A stretch of 64,000 nucleotides of DNA from Anaerolineales bacterium (GTDB taxonomy: Bacteria; Chloroflexota; Anaerolineae; Anaerolineales; Villigracilaceae). Of the stretch, positions 28,612-37,886 are shown one piece after another. The DNA lies in contig JBEKEB010000001.1 of NCBI GenBank assembly GCA_050014055.1, forward strand, positions 2,483-66,482. Reading direction: 5' to 3'. Under the pieces are notes generated by a model. That model was given only the letters and a program-made list of their open reading frames with translations. It did not search any database and had not been told where the DNA came from. The first letter of the stretch is position 1, and each line of letters opens with the position of its first letter. A program made the translations under genes and the position numbers.

Positions 28612-30021
28612 ATGCTGCGGCGATTTTCGATTAATTATGCCATTTTCTCCATGATCATGGATGCCATCTGGGTGGCAATTGGCCTGAAGACGGCAGTCCT
28701 GGTGCGGCCGTTTTTGGATGGTATCCCTGTTATCAAGACCATCCCTGAACCGGTCAACCTCCCGGCCGGCCTATACATTATTTTTCCGCTGATCTGGGTG
28801 GCCATTCTTTCGGCTTTCGCCATTTATGACGGCCGAAAATATCTGCGCGCTGTGGATGAATATGCCATGCTGACATTGGGCAGCCTGATCGCAATAGGAG
28901 CGATGGCAGGCATTCTCTATCTATCCTACCGTCTGATATCCCGGGCATTATTTTTCATGTTCGTACTGATCGTGTATGCCCTGTTACTGGGCTGGCGTGG
29001 GATTGCCAGGCTGGGTTTCCACATGCGCAGGGAATGGCCGGATGTCGCCCGGCGCGTGCTGATCGTGGGAGCCGGCCCCCTGGGAATCCGCATCGGGGAA
29101 CAAATCCAGAAGGCGCGTATAGAAAATATGCTATGTGTGGGCTATGTCGACGATGAAAAATTGGATAAAGCCTCACCGGACCTTTTGGGGAAATTCAAGG
29201 ATACACGCAAGATAATTCAAGAAAGCGGCATCACGGATGTAGTCATAGCTTTGCCTTATTCTATCTATCGAAGGATGAACGAAGTAGTAACCCTCACGTC
29301 CGACCTGCCGGTGAAAGTGTGGGTGGCCCTGGGCTTTTTTGACCTGGCCTTATATAAAACGGATATTGAGAATTTTGCCGGCGTCCCGATGCTTGATCTG
29401 CGGGCACCGGCTTTGAGTGAGTACCAGCGCCTCGTTAAACGCGCTTTCGATCTGTTCTTCGGGAGCCTGGCCTTGTTGCCGGCATTACCTATCATGGCCC
29501 TGATTTACCTGGTAATCTGGATATTTGAGGGAAGGCCGGTCTTCTTCGTGCAAAAACGTGTCGGGGAAAATGCGCGGATCTTTGAAATATACAAATTCAG
29601 GACAATGGTAAAGAATGCTGATCAAATAAAGGGTGCGGTGGAACGGACTGATGCTGAAGGCAATTTAATTCATAAAAGCGAAGATGACCCGCGCATTACT
29701 GGGTTGGGTCGTTTTCTGCGAAGATTCAGCCTGGATGAATTGCCCCAATTAATCAATGTGGTCAGGGGCACGATGAGCCTGGTCGGTCCCCGGCCGGAAT
29801 TACCTTACCTGGTTGAGAAATATCAGGCCTGGCAGCGCAAGCGTTTTGCTGTCCAGCCGGGCCTCACCGGGTGGTGGCAGATCAACGGGAGAAGTGAACG
29901 GTTGATGCATTTGCACACCGAGGATGATTTGTATTATATAAATAATTATACGCTCTGGCTGGATATACTCATCCTTGTCCGTACTATCTGGGTGGTACTT
30001 CTTGGGAAGGGCTCTTATTAA
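28612..30021 (+). CDS. Polyprenyl-phosphate sugar-phosphate transferase (WbaP/EpsB-type initiating enzyme)
   Basis: N-terminal TM helices and a Rossmann-like central part. C-terminal bacterial sugar-transferase domain ([34 protein letters not shown]). Confidence 0.85.
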   Translation: MLRRFSINYAIFSMIMDAIWVAIGLKTAVLVRPFLDGIPVIKTIPEPVNLPAGLYIIFPLIWVAILSAFAIYDGRKYLRAVDEYAMLTLGSLIAIGAMAGILYLSYRLISRALFFMFVLIVYALLLGWRGIARLGFHMRREWPDVARRVLIVGAGPLGIRIGEQIQKARIENMLCVGYVDDEKLDKASPDLLGKFKDTRKIIQESGITDVVIALPYSIYRRMNEVVTLTSDLPVKVWVALGFFDLALYKTDIENFAGVPMLDLRAPALSEYQRLVKRAFDLFFGSLALLPALPIMALIYLVIWIFEGRPVFFVQKRVGENARIFEIYKFRTMVKNADQIKGAVERTDAEGNLIHKSEDDPRITGLGRFLRRFSLDELPQLINVVRGTMSLVGPRPELPYLVEKYQAWQRKRFAVQPGLTGWWQINGRSERLMHLHTEDDLYYINNYTLWLDILILVRTIWVVLLGKGSY

Positions 30022-30046
30022 ATTAAATTAGATTAAGGATACACCG

Positions 30047-31303
30047 ATGCGAATGAAATTTCTGGACCAGTTCATGGATGTGCTTGCAGTCAGCTTGATC
30101 CTTTTCCTGGCAAACTCGCGCGCCCTGAGGATTTATTCCCTTTTTCCAGCAACAGATAGCATTGTTGCACCGGCCTGGCGCGAGATCGCGTTGTGGATCC
30201 TGGCAGCCGGTCTGGTTGTATTTCTATTAAAGCGGCATTCATTATATAAAGCCTACCTGAATGCCTGGAAAAAAAATGGGCTGATCTTCCTGTTTATTGG
30301 TCTGGCTTTTATCTCCCTGGTCTGGTCCGTATCACCGGTAGCATCGTTATTCCGGGCGCTGGAGTTGCTTTTTACCACATTACTGGGAGCCTACATTGGT
30401 CTTCGTTATAACCTGCGCGGCCTGCTGAATATCCTCTTCTGGTTTGGGACAATTGTAGTTCTATTTTGTTATACTTTAGCCCTGCTCTATCCGGGAATCG
30501 GAACAATGGTGAATAGCCCGTATTATGGCGCCTGGAATGGAATATTCTGGCACCGAAACCATATGGGAAGTATCGTGGCACTGTTGAATAGCATCTTTCT
30601 AATTCGCATGATCCTGGAGATCCGGGATCATAAGAATATTGCCCTTCTGGATGGTATCTTCTATCTTCTTTCTTTGGTTCTTATTGCCCTCAGTCGTTCA
30701 GCCACAGCATTAATTCTTCTCCTGGGGTTGAATTTCTTAATCGCCCTGATAACCGTTTGGTTAGCATTCAAGGCTCGCCTTCGCCCCTTGCATTATTACC
30801 TCGGCGCCGGCGTGCTGGTACTCTGCTCTATCCTGGCCTTTGCGAATATCAATTTTATCTTGGGTTTATTTAACCGCGATACTTCATTGACCGGCCGTGT
30901 GCCGATGTGGATGTATTTGATTCAGAATTTCATCAGCCAGCGTCCATGGCTGGGGTATGGTTATGGTGCCATGTGGACAATCGAATCTTTCCGAGTCCAG
31001 GTGCAGCACGCAGTGGGCTGGCCGTATCCTGTTTTGATCGGCGACAACGGCTTCCTGGATATTCTGCTTCACTTGGGCATGGTAGGTTTGATAGTTTTCA
31101 TTCTGATCTTGGCTAGTATGTGCTTTCGGACCGGAAAATCCGCCTTTCACCACCTGACAATTGAAGGTTTTTTTCCTTTTATTGTCATCATTTACGCACT
31201 GGCGGCAAATATCAGTTTCAGCCTTTTTCTGGAGACCGAGTCTTTTGTCTGGTTATTGATGATTGTTAGCATATTTTTGACGACCGGCAGGAATGACTAT
31301 TGA
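30047..31303 (+). CDS. O-antigen ligase/polymerase family membrane protein (Wzy_C-like)
   Basis: 418-aa polytopic protein with a GIFWHRNHMG-type loop; last gene of the glycan cluster. Confidence 0.65.
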   Translation: MRMKFLDQFMDVLAVSLILFLANSRALRIYSLFPATDSIVAPAWREIALWILAAGLVVFLLKRHSLYKAYLNAWKKNGLIFLFIGLAFISLVWSVSPVASLFRALELLFTTLLGAYIGLRYNLRGLLNILFWFGTIVVLFCYTLALLYPGIGTMVNSPYYGAWNGIFWHRNHMGSIVALLNSIFLIRMILEIRDHKNIALLDGIFYLLSLVLIALSRSATALILLLGLNFLIALITVWLAFKARLRPLHYYLGAGVLVLCSILAFANINFILGLFNRDTSLTGRVPMWMYLIQNFISQRPWLGYGYGAMWTIESFRVQVQHAVGWPYPVLIGDNGFLDILLHLGMVGLIVFILILASMCFRTGKSAFHHLTIEGFFPFIVIIYALAANISFSLFLETESFVWLLMIVSIFLTTGRNDY

Positions 31304-31435
31304 TCATGCTGGATATATAAAACCAGGGCACGGAAACTTGTTCCGGGATTTTCGAATGTTATCTTGCGACTATTCCTGTTGGGCGACGCGCTGATTGCAC
31401 TGGTGGTGAGTGTATTGGCTTCGAAATTAGCAACT

Positions 31436-31458
31436 GGCCCGGGCTTTACGCCCGGGCC
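31436..31458. terminator. GC-rich hairpin between convergent genes; possible bidirectional terminator
   Basis: ggcccgggc tttac gcccgggcc (9-bp stem). The flanking T/A runs are weak. Confidence 0.45.
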
Positions 31459-31467
31459 TACTTTTGC

Positions 31468-32328
31468 TTATTCCAGATCTTCGACCAGTTCCATCGGCAT
31501 CACGGCTACGCCCACAACGCCTGGGCCGGTATGTACACCCAGCACGGGGGAGATGCGCAGGATCTCCAGCTTCTTGATGTTCAGCCGCTGGTTCATGGAT
31601 TTGGCCAGCGCGTCCGCGCTTTCGGCAAAGCGTCCGTGCAGGACGGTGGCCCATAGTGGGATGGATCCGTACATAACGGCAATATGGTCAACGATGGTGC
31701 CCAGATTCTGGGTGATGGTACGGCCTTTGCCAAAGGTGGTGTATTTACCATCCTTGTGGTCCACCCGGATGATGGGTTTGACCTTCAACACGGACCCCAT
31801 CATCGCCTGGACGCGTCCGATGCGACCACCGCGCGCCAGATATTCCAGCGTTTCAAGGGTATAGATCACTTCGGTATCTGCCCGGATCTTTTCCAGCCGC
31901 TCCAGAATGGCTTTCAGATTCCAACCGGCTTTGGCAGCTTTAGCTGCCGCCAGCACCTGGAAACGTTCGCCACCGGAAAGGGTCATCGTGTCAACTATAA
32001 TGACAACGTTTTCCTTGATGTGTTCCGCGCCCACGCGGGCGGAGTTAATCGTACCGCTTAACCCGGATGAAATATGGATGGAGAGGATATTCTTGCCGGC
32101 ATCGGTTACCTTGCGGTAAATCTCGCTGAATACACCGCTGGAAGGCTGGGCGGTGGATGGTATGGCGGGACGCATGGCTTCCAGGCGGTTGTAGAACTCA
32201 TCGGCGGAGATGTCGGTAGCGTTGACCTCGCCTTCTGGAAATTGGATGAATAAAGGTGCCTGGATGATGTCCAGCGATTCCAGTTCCTCGATGGGCATGT
32301 CAGCCGCGCAATCAGTAACTATTTTCAT
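31468..32328 (-). CDS. DegV-family fatty-acid-binding protein
   Basis: MKIVTDCAADMP ... ISSGLSGTINSA; 286 aa. Confidence 0.85.
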   Translation of the reverse strand: MKIVTDCAADMPIEELESLDIIQAPLFIQFPEGEVNATDISADEFYNRLEAMRPAIPSTAQPSSGVFSEIYRKVTDAGKNILSIHISSGLSGTINSARVGAEHIKENVVIIVDTMTLSGGERFQVLAAAKAAKAGWNLKAILERLEKIRADTEVIYTLETLEYLARGGRIGRVQAMMGSVLKVKPIIRVDHKDGKYTTFGKGRTITQNLGTIVDHIAVMYGSIPLWATVLHGRFAESADALAKSMNQRLNIKKLEILRISPVLGVHTGPGVVGVAVMPMELVEDLE

Positions 32329-32574
32329 TACTGTCTCACTTTCAATGATTTTCTTATTTTCTCAAAAATGCAGAGGAGAGGGGCATGAGAATAGTGAAGC
32401 TTTCCGTGACACCTCCCCACCTCCAAGCTATTGGGATATTCCCAGATATTAATATATTTGGGTAATTATATTCGTTATTGGCAGCTTTGACATACTTGCT
32501 CGGTCGATTGTTGGGGAATTGTAGTGGAATGAGGTGAATTGTGGCGCATTTCTGCTGTTTTTGCAGGGAAACCT

Positions 32575-33702
32575 TTATCGCTTACCATGCAAGGCCTGTA
32601 ATATCTGCACGCCAAAGGCTTTCAGCCTCCAGGGAGATTGCGGCATGAGTGAGGAGAGCTCTTTGAGGTTCTGGGGGTTTTGCTCGGCAATGGCATGCAT
32701 CCAGGGTTTGGGCAGAACCACATCTGATTCGACTTCCATTTTCTGGGCAGCGACTTTACGCCAACCCGAAAGGCCATTCAGCCGGTTAAGGATTTGCGGG
32801 TCGGGGCGCCCTGAAATTGGGCGATGAACCGGAGTGGCTTTCCTGCCGCGCCCAACAGCTTTGAGAATGTCGCTGCCAAAAACGTAGATCTGTCTGGCCG
32901 TCAGGTTGAGTGCTTCCAGTTCGGTCTCACTCTTCGGGGCAGCCAATGCAATCGAGACCAGACGTTTATCGTCCATCACTTTAAAGACAGGTCGGCCTAA
33001 GTGCTCAGCCTCAGCACAACGCCAGTCGCACAGCTCCTGCAAAATGGCCAACTGCTTTCTGCTAAGATTGCTGGTGCCCTTGACACGTTGCCATGCCGGG
33101 AGGTCGGCCTTGGTGGTACCGTTCCCGGCGGCCAGGCGGATGAATTCCTCGCAAGCCAGCTCCCAACGGCCGCGTTCCTGCAATTCTGCTTGCAGGCAGT
33201 CGCGCAGATCCAGCAAGTGGTGCGTATCCAGGCGCGCATAATTGAGCATTTCCGGCGAAAGCGGTCGCCTTCCCCAATCTGCCTTCTGGTAGCGTTTATC
33301 CAGGCTTATGTCAAGTTTCTCGGCCAGCATGGCATCCAATCCAACTTGTTTGTAGCCAAGGATCCGAGCCGCCTGCATGGTATCAAAGATATGGGCGAAG
33401 GTGATATCGAAATCGCGCTTCAAACAGATCTGGTCGTATTCGACGGCATGGAAAACCTTTTCGATGCCCGGGTTGCTGAAAAGAGGCGCAATGGCAGAGA
33501 GATCGTGCAGAGCCAGCGGATCAACCAGGTAGTCTGTTTGCGGTGTGGAGAATTGGATCAGGCAGACTTGCTCGCGGAAAGCGTGCAGCGAATTGGATTC
33601 GGTATCCACTGCCAGCCGTGGCTGGGACGCCAGGCTGCGGACAAGCTTCGCGAGGCTGCCGGTATCAGCCACCCAGACAGGTGGAGGAAGTGACACGGTC
33701 AT
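32575..33702 (-). CDS. rnd: Ribonuclease D (3'-5' exonuclease plus HRDC domain)
   Basis: DEDDy exonuclease motifs VDTESN and FHAVEYD, with an HRDC-like C-terminal half. Confidence 0.75.
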   Translation of the reverse strand: MTVSLPPPVWVADTGSLAKLVRSLASQPRLAVDTESNSLHAFREQVCLIQFSTPQTDYLVDPLALHDLSAIAPLFSNPGIEKVFHAVEYDQICLKRDFDITFAHIFDTMQAARILGYKQVGLDAMLAEKLDISLDKRYQKADWGRRPLSPEMLNYARLDTHHLLDLRDCLQAELQERGRWELACEEFIRLAAGNGTTKADLPAWQRVKGTSNLSRKQLAILQELCDWRCAEAEHLGRPVFKVMDDKRLVSIALAAPKSETELEALNLTARQIYVFGSDILKAVGRGRKATPVHRPISGRPDPQILNRLNGLSGWRKVAAQKMEVESDVVLPKPWMHAIAEQNPQNLKELSSLMPQSPWRLKAFGVQILQALHGKR

Positions 33703-33830
33703 GGCTTGATTATAGTTTATTTAGAGCAGTTTTAACAAAATGCTGACATTTCTTTAGCTTTTTTTCTACATTGGCCTTGTATATTAAGAGCGTACCAACA
33801 TAATCCCATCTATTCAGAAGGATGTTCACC

Positions 33831-34271
33831 ATGTCCAATCTAACCCGTTGGGAGCCCATATACGAAATGATGACTCTGCGCGAGGCGATGGATCGTTTGT
33901 TTGAGGATGCCTTTACCCGCCCGCTCAGCATGAGTGGAGGCTCCGTCGTCCCCGCCATCGATCTTTTCCAGACCGAAGATGAGTTGGTTGTGAAGGCTTC
34001 GCTACCCGGTCTGAAGGCGGAGGATGTGCACATCTCTGTCACGGCAGACGTGCTGACACTCTCCGGCGAATTCAAGCAGGAGAATGAGAAGAAAGAGGCC
34101 ACCTATAACATCCGCGAACACCGCTATGGCTCGTTCGAACGTTCGGTCACGTTGCCGACCGATGGGCAAACCGCCAAGGCCAGGGCCGATTTCGAGAATG
34201 GCGTCCTGACCAACAGCCTGCCCAAGGCGGAAACGGTCAAGCCGAAAACGATTAACATCAAGGCCAAATAA
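33831..34271 (+). CDS. Hsp20/alpha-crystallin small heat-shock protein
   Basis: The alpha-crystallin core runs VKASLPGLKAEDVHISV ... to GVLT..LPK. The start could instead be the ATG at 33822. Confidence 0.85.
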   Translation: MSNLTRWEPIYEMMTLREAMDRLFEDAFTRPLSMSGGSVVPAIDLFQTEDELVVKASLPGLKAEDVHISVTADVLTLSGEFKQENEKKEATYNIREHRYGSFERSVTLPTDGQTAKARADFENGVLTNSLPKAETVKPKTINIKAK

Positions 34272-34286
34272 TGGCTTATCCAAAAA

Positions 34287-34324
34287 AACCCGGTTTCTGC
34301 GCAAGGAGCCGGGTTCTTTTTTTT
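34287..34324 (+). terminator. Intrinsic terminator after hsp20
   Basis: aacccgg ... ccgggtt stem followed by ctttttttt. Confidence 0.7.
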
Positions 34325-34904
34325 AGCCAGCTTTTTCATCGCTTTAGCGAAAAAGCAGGTATAGTGCAAAAGTGGGGGGTAATGTATGTAATAAATAAAT
34401 GTTTTTTAAATTCGAAAACATTCGAAAACTCAAATCTAACCGGAGATGAATGGAGAAAGCTGTGATTTTATATACTGATTAGGTATAAAAGGGCGGCTTT
34501 GTTTAACGAACGCGGCTTTTCGGGTCATTCGGGCGGAAATGTGCTCTAATTTCCAATGAATGCGTCTCCCTTGGCTGCGTTCGCTACCATGTAGTCGCTT
34601 CTGGGGGTGGTTACTGGTCCGATTATTTGAGAATGCTGTTTGTTTTTTATTGTGAGTAAAATAAAAAATATGCCCTCCGCCGCTTTGTTTGGCATGGGGC
34701 AGGATCGCTACGATACATAGTAGTATATACGCTAATATCTTCCCAAACTCATTTGTAACCAGAATCCCACACTCTTGATAAATTAAAAATTTCCGGCAAA
34801 TTTTCTACGCCTTGGAGAAATAAAATTATTGTGGAATTATTATGGTTGTTGCCCATATGCCCAAAAAGCACGATAATATATTTATAAATTTGGAGGAGGT
34901 TATT

Positions 34905-35096
34905 ATGAAAAAGTGCCCTAATTGCGATGGTGAATTAAGAGATGATGCTGATGTTTGCCAATATTGCGGCCAGACGGTGCCACTAAAGAGTGTCCTGGTT
35001 ATAATGGACCAGCCTCAAGAAACCAAAACAGAGAAAGAGACTCCTGTAGTAAGTTCTCCAACTACAAATGGATTGAGTAAGGCAGAACACGAATAG
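34905..35096 (+). CDS. Small zinc-ribbon protein; ends at a TAG after which the frame stays open to 35252
   Basis: MKKCPNCDGEL...CQYCGQ behind GGAGGAGG. See the finding on the read-through extension. Confidence 0.55.
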   Translation: MKKCPNCDGELRDDADVCQYCGQTVPLKSVLVIMDQPQETKTEKETPVVSSPTTNGLSKAEHE

Positions 35097-35283
35097 TTCA
35101 CAACCCAATTCACAACCCTCAATAAGGGCGTGCAGGCAGAGGTTGAACTTCTTGAAAAGATAAATGGCAAGCTGGCATTCTTAAAAATACTTGTTATTAT
35201 CACGTTAGCTCTCGAATTGATGTCAATTTTACGTGCCTGTGCAGGTTTATGATGAGCTTTGCCAACGCAAGCAGGAAAGTGAC

Positions 35284-35394
35284 ATGAAAAAATGTCCTTA
35301 TTGCGCAGAAAAAATCCAAAACGAAGATATTGTATCTTGGTATTGTCGACGTGTTCTGGTGGCTAGGTCGGCTCCAAAAGTCAAAGGGAAGTAA
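35284..35394 (+). CDS. 36-aa degenerate zinc-ribbon-like small ORF
   Basis: My own translation: MKKCPYCAEKIQNEDIVSWYCRRVLVARSAPKVKGK*. Below the ORF-track size cut-off. Confidence 0.35.
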   Translation: MKKCPYCAEKIQNEDIVSWYCRRVLVARSAPKVKGK

Positions 35395-35422
35395 ATCTAT
35401 AACCAATTGAAGAACAGCAAAA

Positions 35423-37261
35423 ATGGAAGAACAAACCTTGGCATCGACCATCATAAAGAAAATTGCTGAAATCTTGCTAATCTTTATGGCATCGGTAATG
35501 ATTATCCTGGTATTTTGGGGCGTTAATAAAGGTTTTGATATCACCGACGAGGCATACTATCTTATGGGATATCGTGGAGGCCAGGAAAAACTCACCAACC
35601 TTTCCTTTTTTAATCTTCTGGAAATCTCTAAGTTATTCGGTTGGCTCAACTATCTAATCCAATTTCGTTTATTATCCATTGTCCTTATTATTATTTCTTC
35701 AATAATTTTCTCATTGGGTTTTTATCGGTTTATCCAGGGCATTTATTCGAATAAGAAGTGCGTTTTTCGTTTATTCACAATAATAATTTGGTTTATTGGG
35801 GTCGGTTTCTCATTTTGTACTGCTTTACCATTAACATTTTCTTATAATGTATTTGTACAAGTGGCTTTGAGCAGCATTGCTGGTTTATTGTTATACATTC
35901 TTTCATTTCAAAATATTTCTCAGATGAAATTTCGATTATGGTTGACAGAAGCAACGATTGGGTTCTTAACTGCTATGGTTTTGTTGGTGAAACCCACTTC
36001 AGCGATTTTGATAGCAATAATTAATGTCTGTATAATTGGAGTACTCGTAAGTAGGAATAGAACAATTACGCTTCTGAACTTAGCTTTTCTACCATTTTTA
36101 GGGGGATTGGTATTAGGGTTGGTAGTTGTACTTTTCGGGCTAAATACTTTTAACGAGTTCAAGTTCGCTTTTACCAGCGGCCAGGTATTCACCACACCTG
36201 GCTATGGCCTATCTCTACTTTTAATAAATGCAATTAAAGATATATGCTCTTTTCTCATACAAATAGCTTGGATTTCATGGTTTTATATTGTCACTTTCCT
36301 TCTGCTTCTATTTCAAAAGAGTCTGATCTTGGATAGACGCTTCCGAAGTCTGATCACTATATCTATTTCAAGCTGGGCAATAATTTTCTTTGCAATCTAC
36401 GATTTCAAGGATATATACATTAATTCGATTAATGGTTCTCTCCCAATAAGCGGATTCATATTTACTGGAATATTTCTCTTCATAGTTCTTATAGCAAGTC
36501 AGATTTTAGAAAGAGATAAATCGGTAGATAACAATCCTAGAATTGAAATCCCGGCCGAACGTAAATTCTTAGGTGTTGGTTTATTGATTATTTTGCCATT
36601 CGTTAGCGCTTTTGGATCCAGCAATCCTCTATCGTTTCAAATGTGGCTTCATATCTCTCCTTGGTGTGCCATTCTGGTTATTTTGCTACAAGAGTTCCAA
36701 AACTACCGAAAGTTCCAGTCATTAGTCTGGGGAGTTTTTATACTATTTTCCCTCTGGCTGTCATTTCTATGGATTGGTCGATATTTTTATAGTCCTTATC
36801 GATTAGTACAAAACAGGTTACAACAGACCGAACTCCTCTCAGCTCAAACAGGCTATTTAAAAGGCATAAGAGTAGATATGCCGACAAAAACTTTCTTTGA
36901 TAGCCTTTCTACTATCGCAAGAAAAACGAATTATGTCCCAGGAGATGAAATAATAGAAATCGCACAATCCCCAGGATTAGTATTATATCTTGGAGGATAC
37001 CAACCTGGAAATCCTTGGCTTTCTATGCGAGCAGGAAATTTCAATTTAGTTTGCGATTCATTGAAATTATCAAACTTGAATCATCAGAAGGCATTATTGA
37101 TTCTAGATGATGATGTGATAAAAAATCGTTTGTTCCCTACTTTGATCGAATGTCTGAATCAAATGAAGGTTAGTTTCCAAAATTCATATATATTAGTTGG
37201 TGAATTGTTTAATCCTTATTCAAATGAGGGGGTTGAAATATATATGCCCAAAATAAAATGA
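35423..37261 (+). CDS. Large polytopic membrane protein, GT-C-like glycosyltransferase candidate
   Basis: 612 aa and very AT-rich. First-loop motif DITDEAYY resembles the DExxY loop of ArnT/PMT-type GT-C enzymes. About 480 aa of TM helices plus a soluble C-terminal domain. Confidence 0.5.
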   Translation: MEEQTLASTIIKKIAEILLIFMASVMIILVFWGVNKGFDITDEAYYLMGYRGGQEKLTNLSFFNLLEISKLFGWLNYLIQFRLLSIVLIIISSIIFSLGFYRFIQGIYSNKKCVFRLFTIIIWFIGVGFSFCTALPLTFSYNVFVQVALSSIAGLLLYILSFQNISQMKFRLWLTEATIGFLTAMVLLVKPTSAILIAIINVCIIGVLVSRNRTITLLNLAFLPFLGGLVLGLVVVLFGLNTFNEFKFAFTSGQVFTTPGYGLSLLLINAIKDICSFLIQIAWISWFYIVTFLLLLFQKSLILDRRFRSLITISISSWAIIFFAIYDFKDIYINSINGSLPISGFIFTGIFLFIVLIASQILERDKSVDNNPRIEIPAERKFLGVGLLIILPFVSAFGSSNPLSFQMWLHISPWCAILVILLQEFQNYRKFQSLVWGVFILFSLWLSFLWIGRYFYSPYRLVQNRLQQTELLSAQTGYLKGIRVDMPTKTFFDSLSTIARKTNYVPGDEIIEIAQSPGLVLYLGGYQPGNPWLSMRAGNFNLVCDSLKLSNLNHQKALLILDDDVIKNRLFPTLIECLNQMKVSFQNSYILVGELFNPYSNEGVEIYMPKIK

Positions 37262-37631
37262 TATTTATGCTAGCAGTATTTTCCTCCAACTTATTTGAGC
37301 AACAAGGATGGTAATGAGTGTAAAACAAGGTAAACTTGTTTTGATAAAACAATTTCCGTACTTATACCCCATTACCATGAATCTTCAATAATAGGTTTCC
37401 TATAGGAATGGTGTCTATCAGATTGAGATGTTGCTCTGGCCGAAGCTTTCCCAACCACTTAACCGGCCAAAAACCTATCGCAATTATCGCAAATAAGAGT
37501 TTCTTTCACACTCGACTTTCTCATTGATCATAATCCGCTTTGCCATATTTTCGCCGGCCGACCCGTGCTAAAATCTCCCCACCTTCTCTAGGCGGGGATT
37601 TTCTTGCTGTCAGGATGATCCCATCCGCAAT

Positions 37632-37660
37632 TTGACGTTTCCCACAATAACAGGTATATA
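37632..37660 (+). promoter_or_regulatory. Sigma70-type promoter about 230 nt upstream of the ammonia-lyase gene
   Basis: TTGACG (37632-37637), 17-nt spacer, TATATA (37655-37660). Confidence 0.45.
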
Positions 37661-37886
37661 CTCTTGAAGTTCCAATAGCATTTTTATCTGGTCATCCCCG
37701 TATATCTCATTTTATCTCCGGCAATTGATTGGCTTGGATTAATTTCCGAATACTTTCAATTCGGTTATTCGTGTTATTCGTGATAAAAAAAACAATTCTC
37801 TTAGAACCTTTTTTAACGGAAGGGGGTGTAAAATCGGGTGGTTGGGCAAGTAAAGATGAAAATGGATATTCCAAATAGGAGATGCT

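Noticed and set aside
34470-34840. GC-richer patch (gggcggctttg...cgcggcttttcggg...) inside the AT-rich intergenic region upstream of the zinc-ribbon ORF; possible ncRNA or riboswitch.
   Set aside because: I could not recognise any known RNA motif, convincing stem set or terminator by eye, and found no conserved ORF. Left unassigned.
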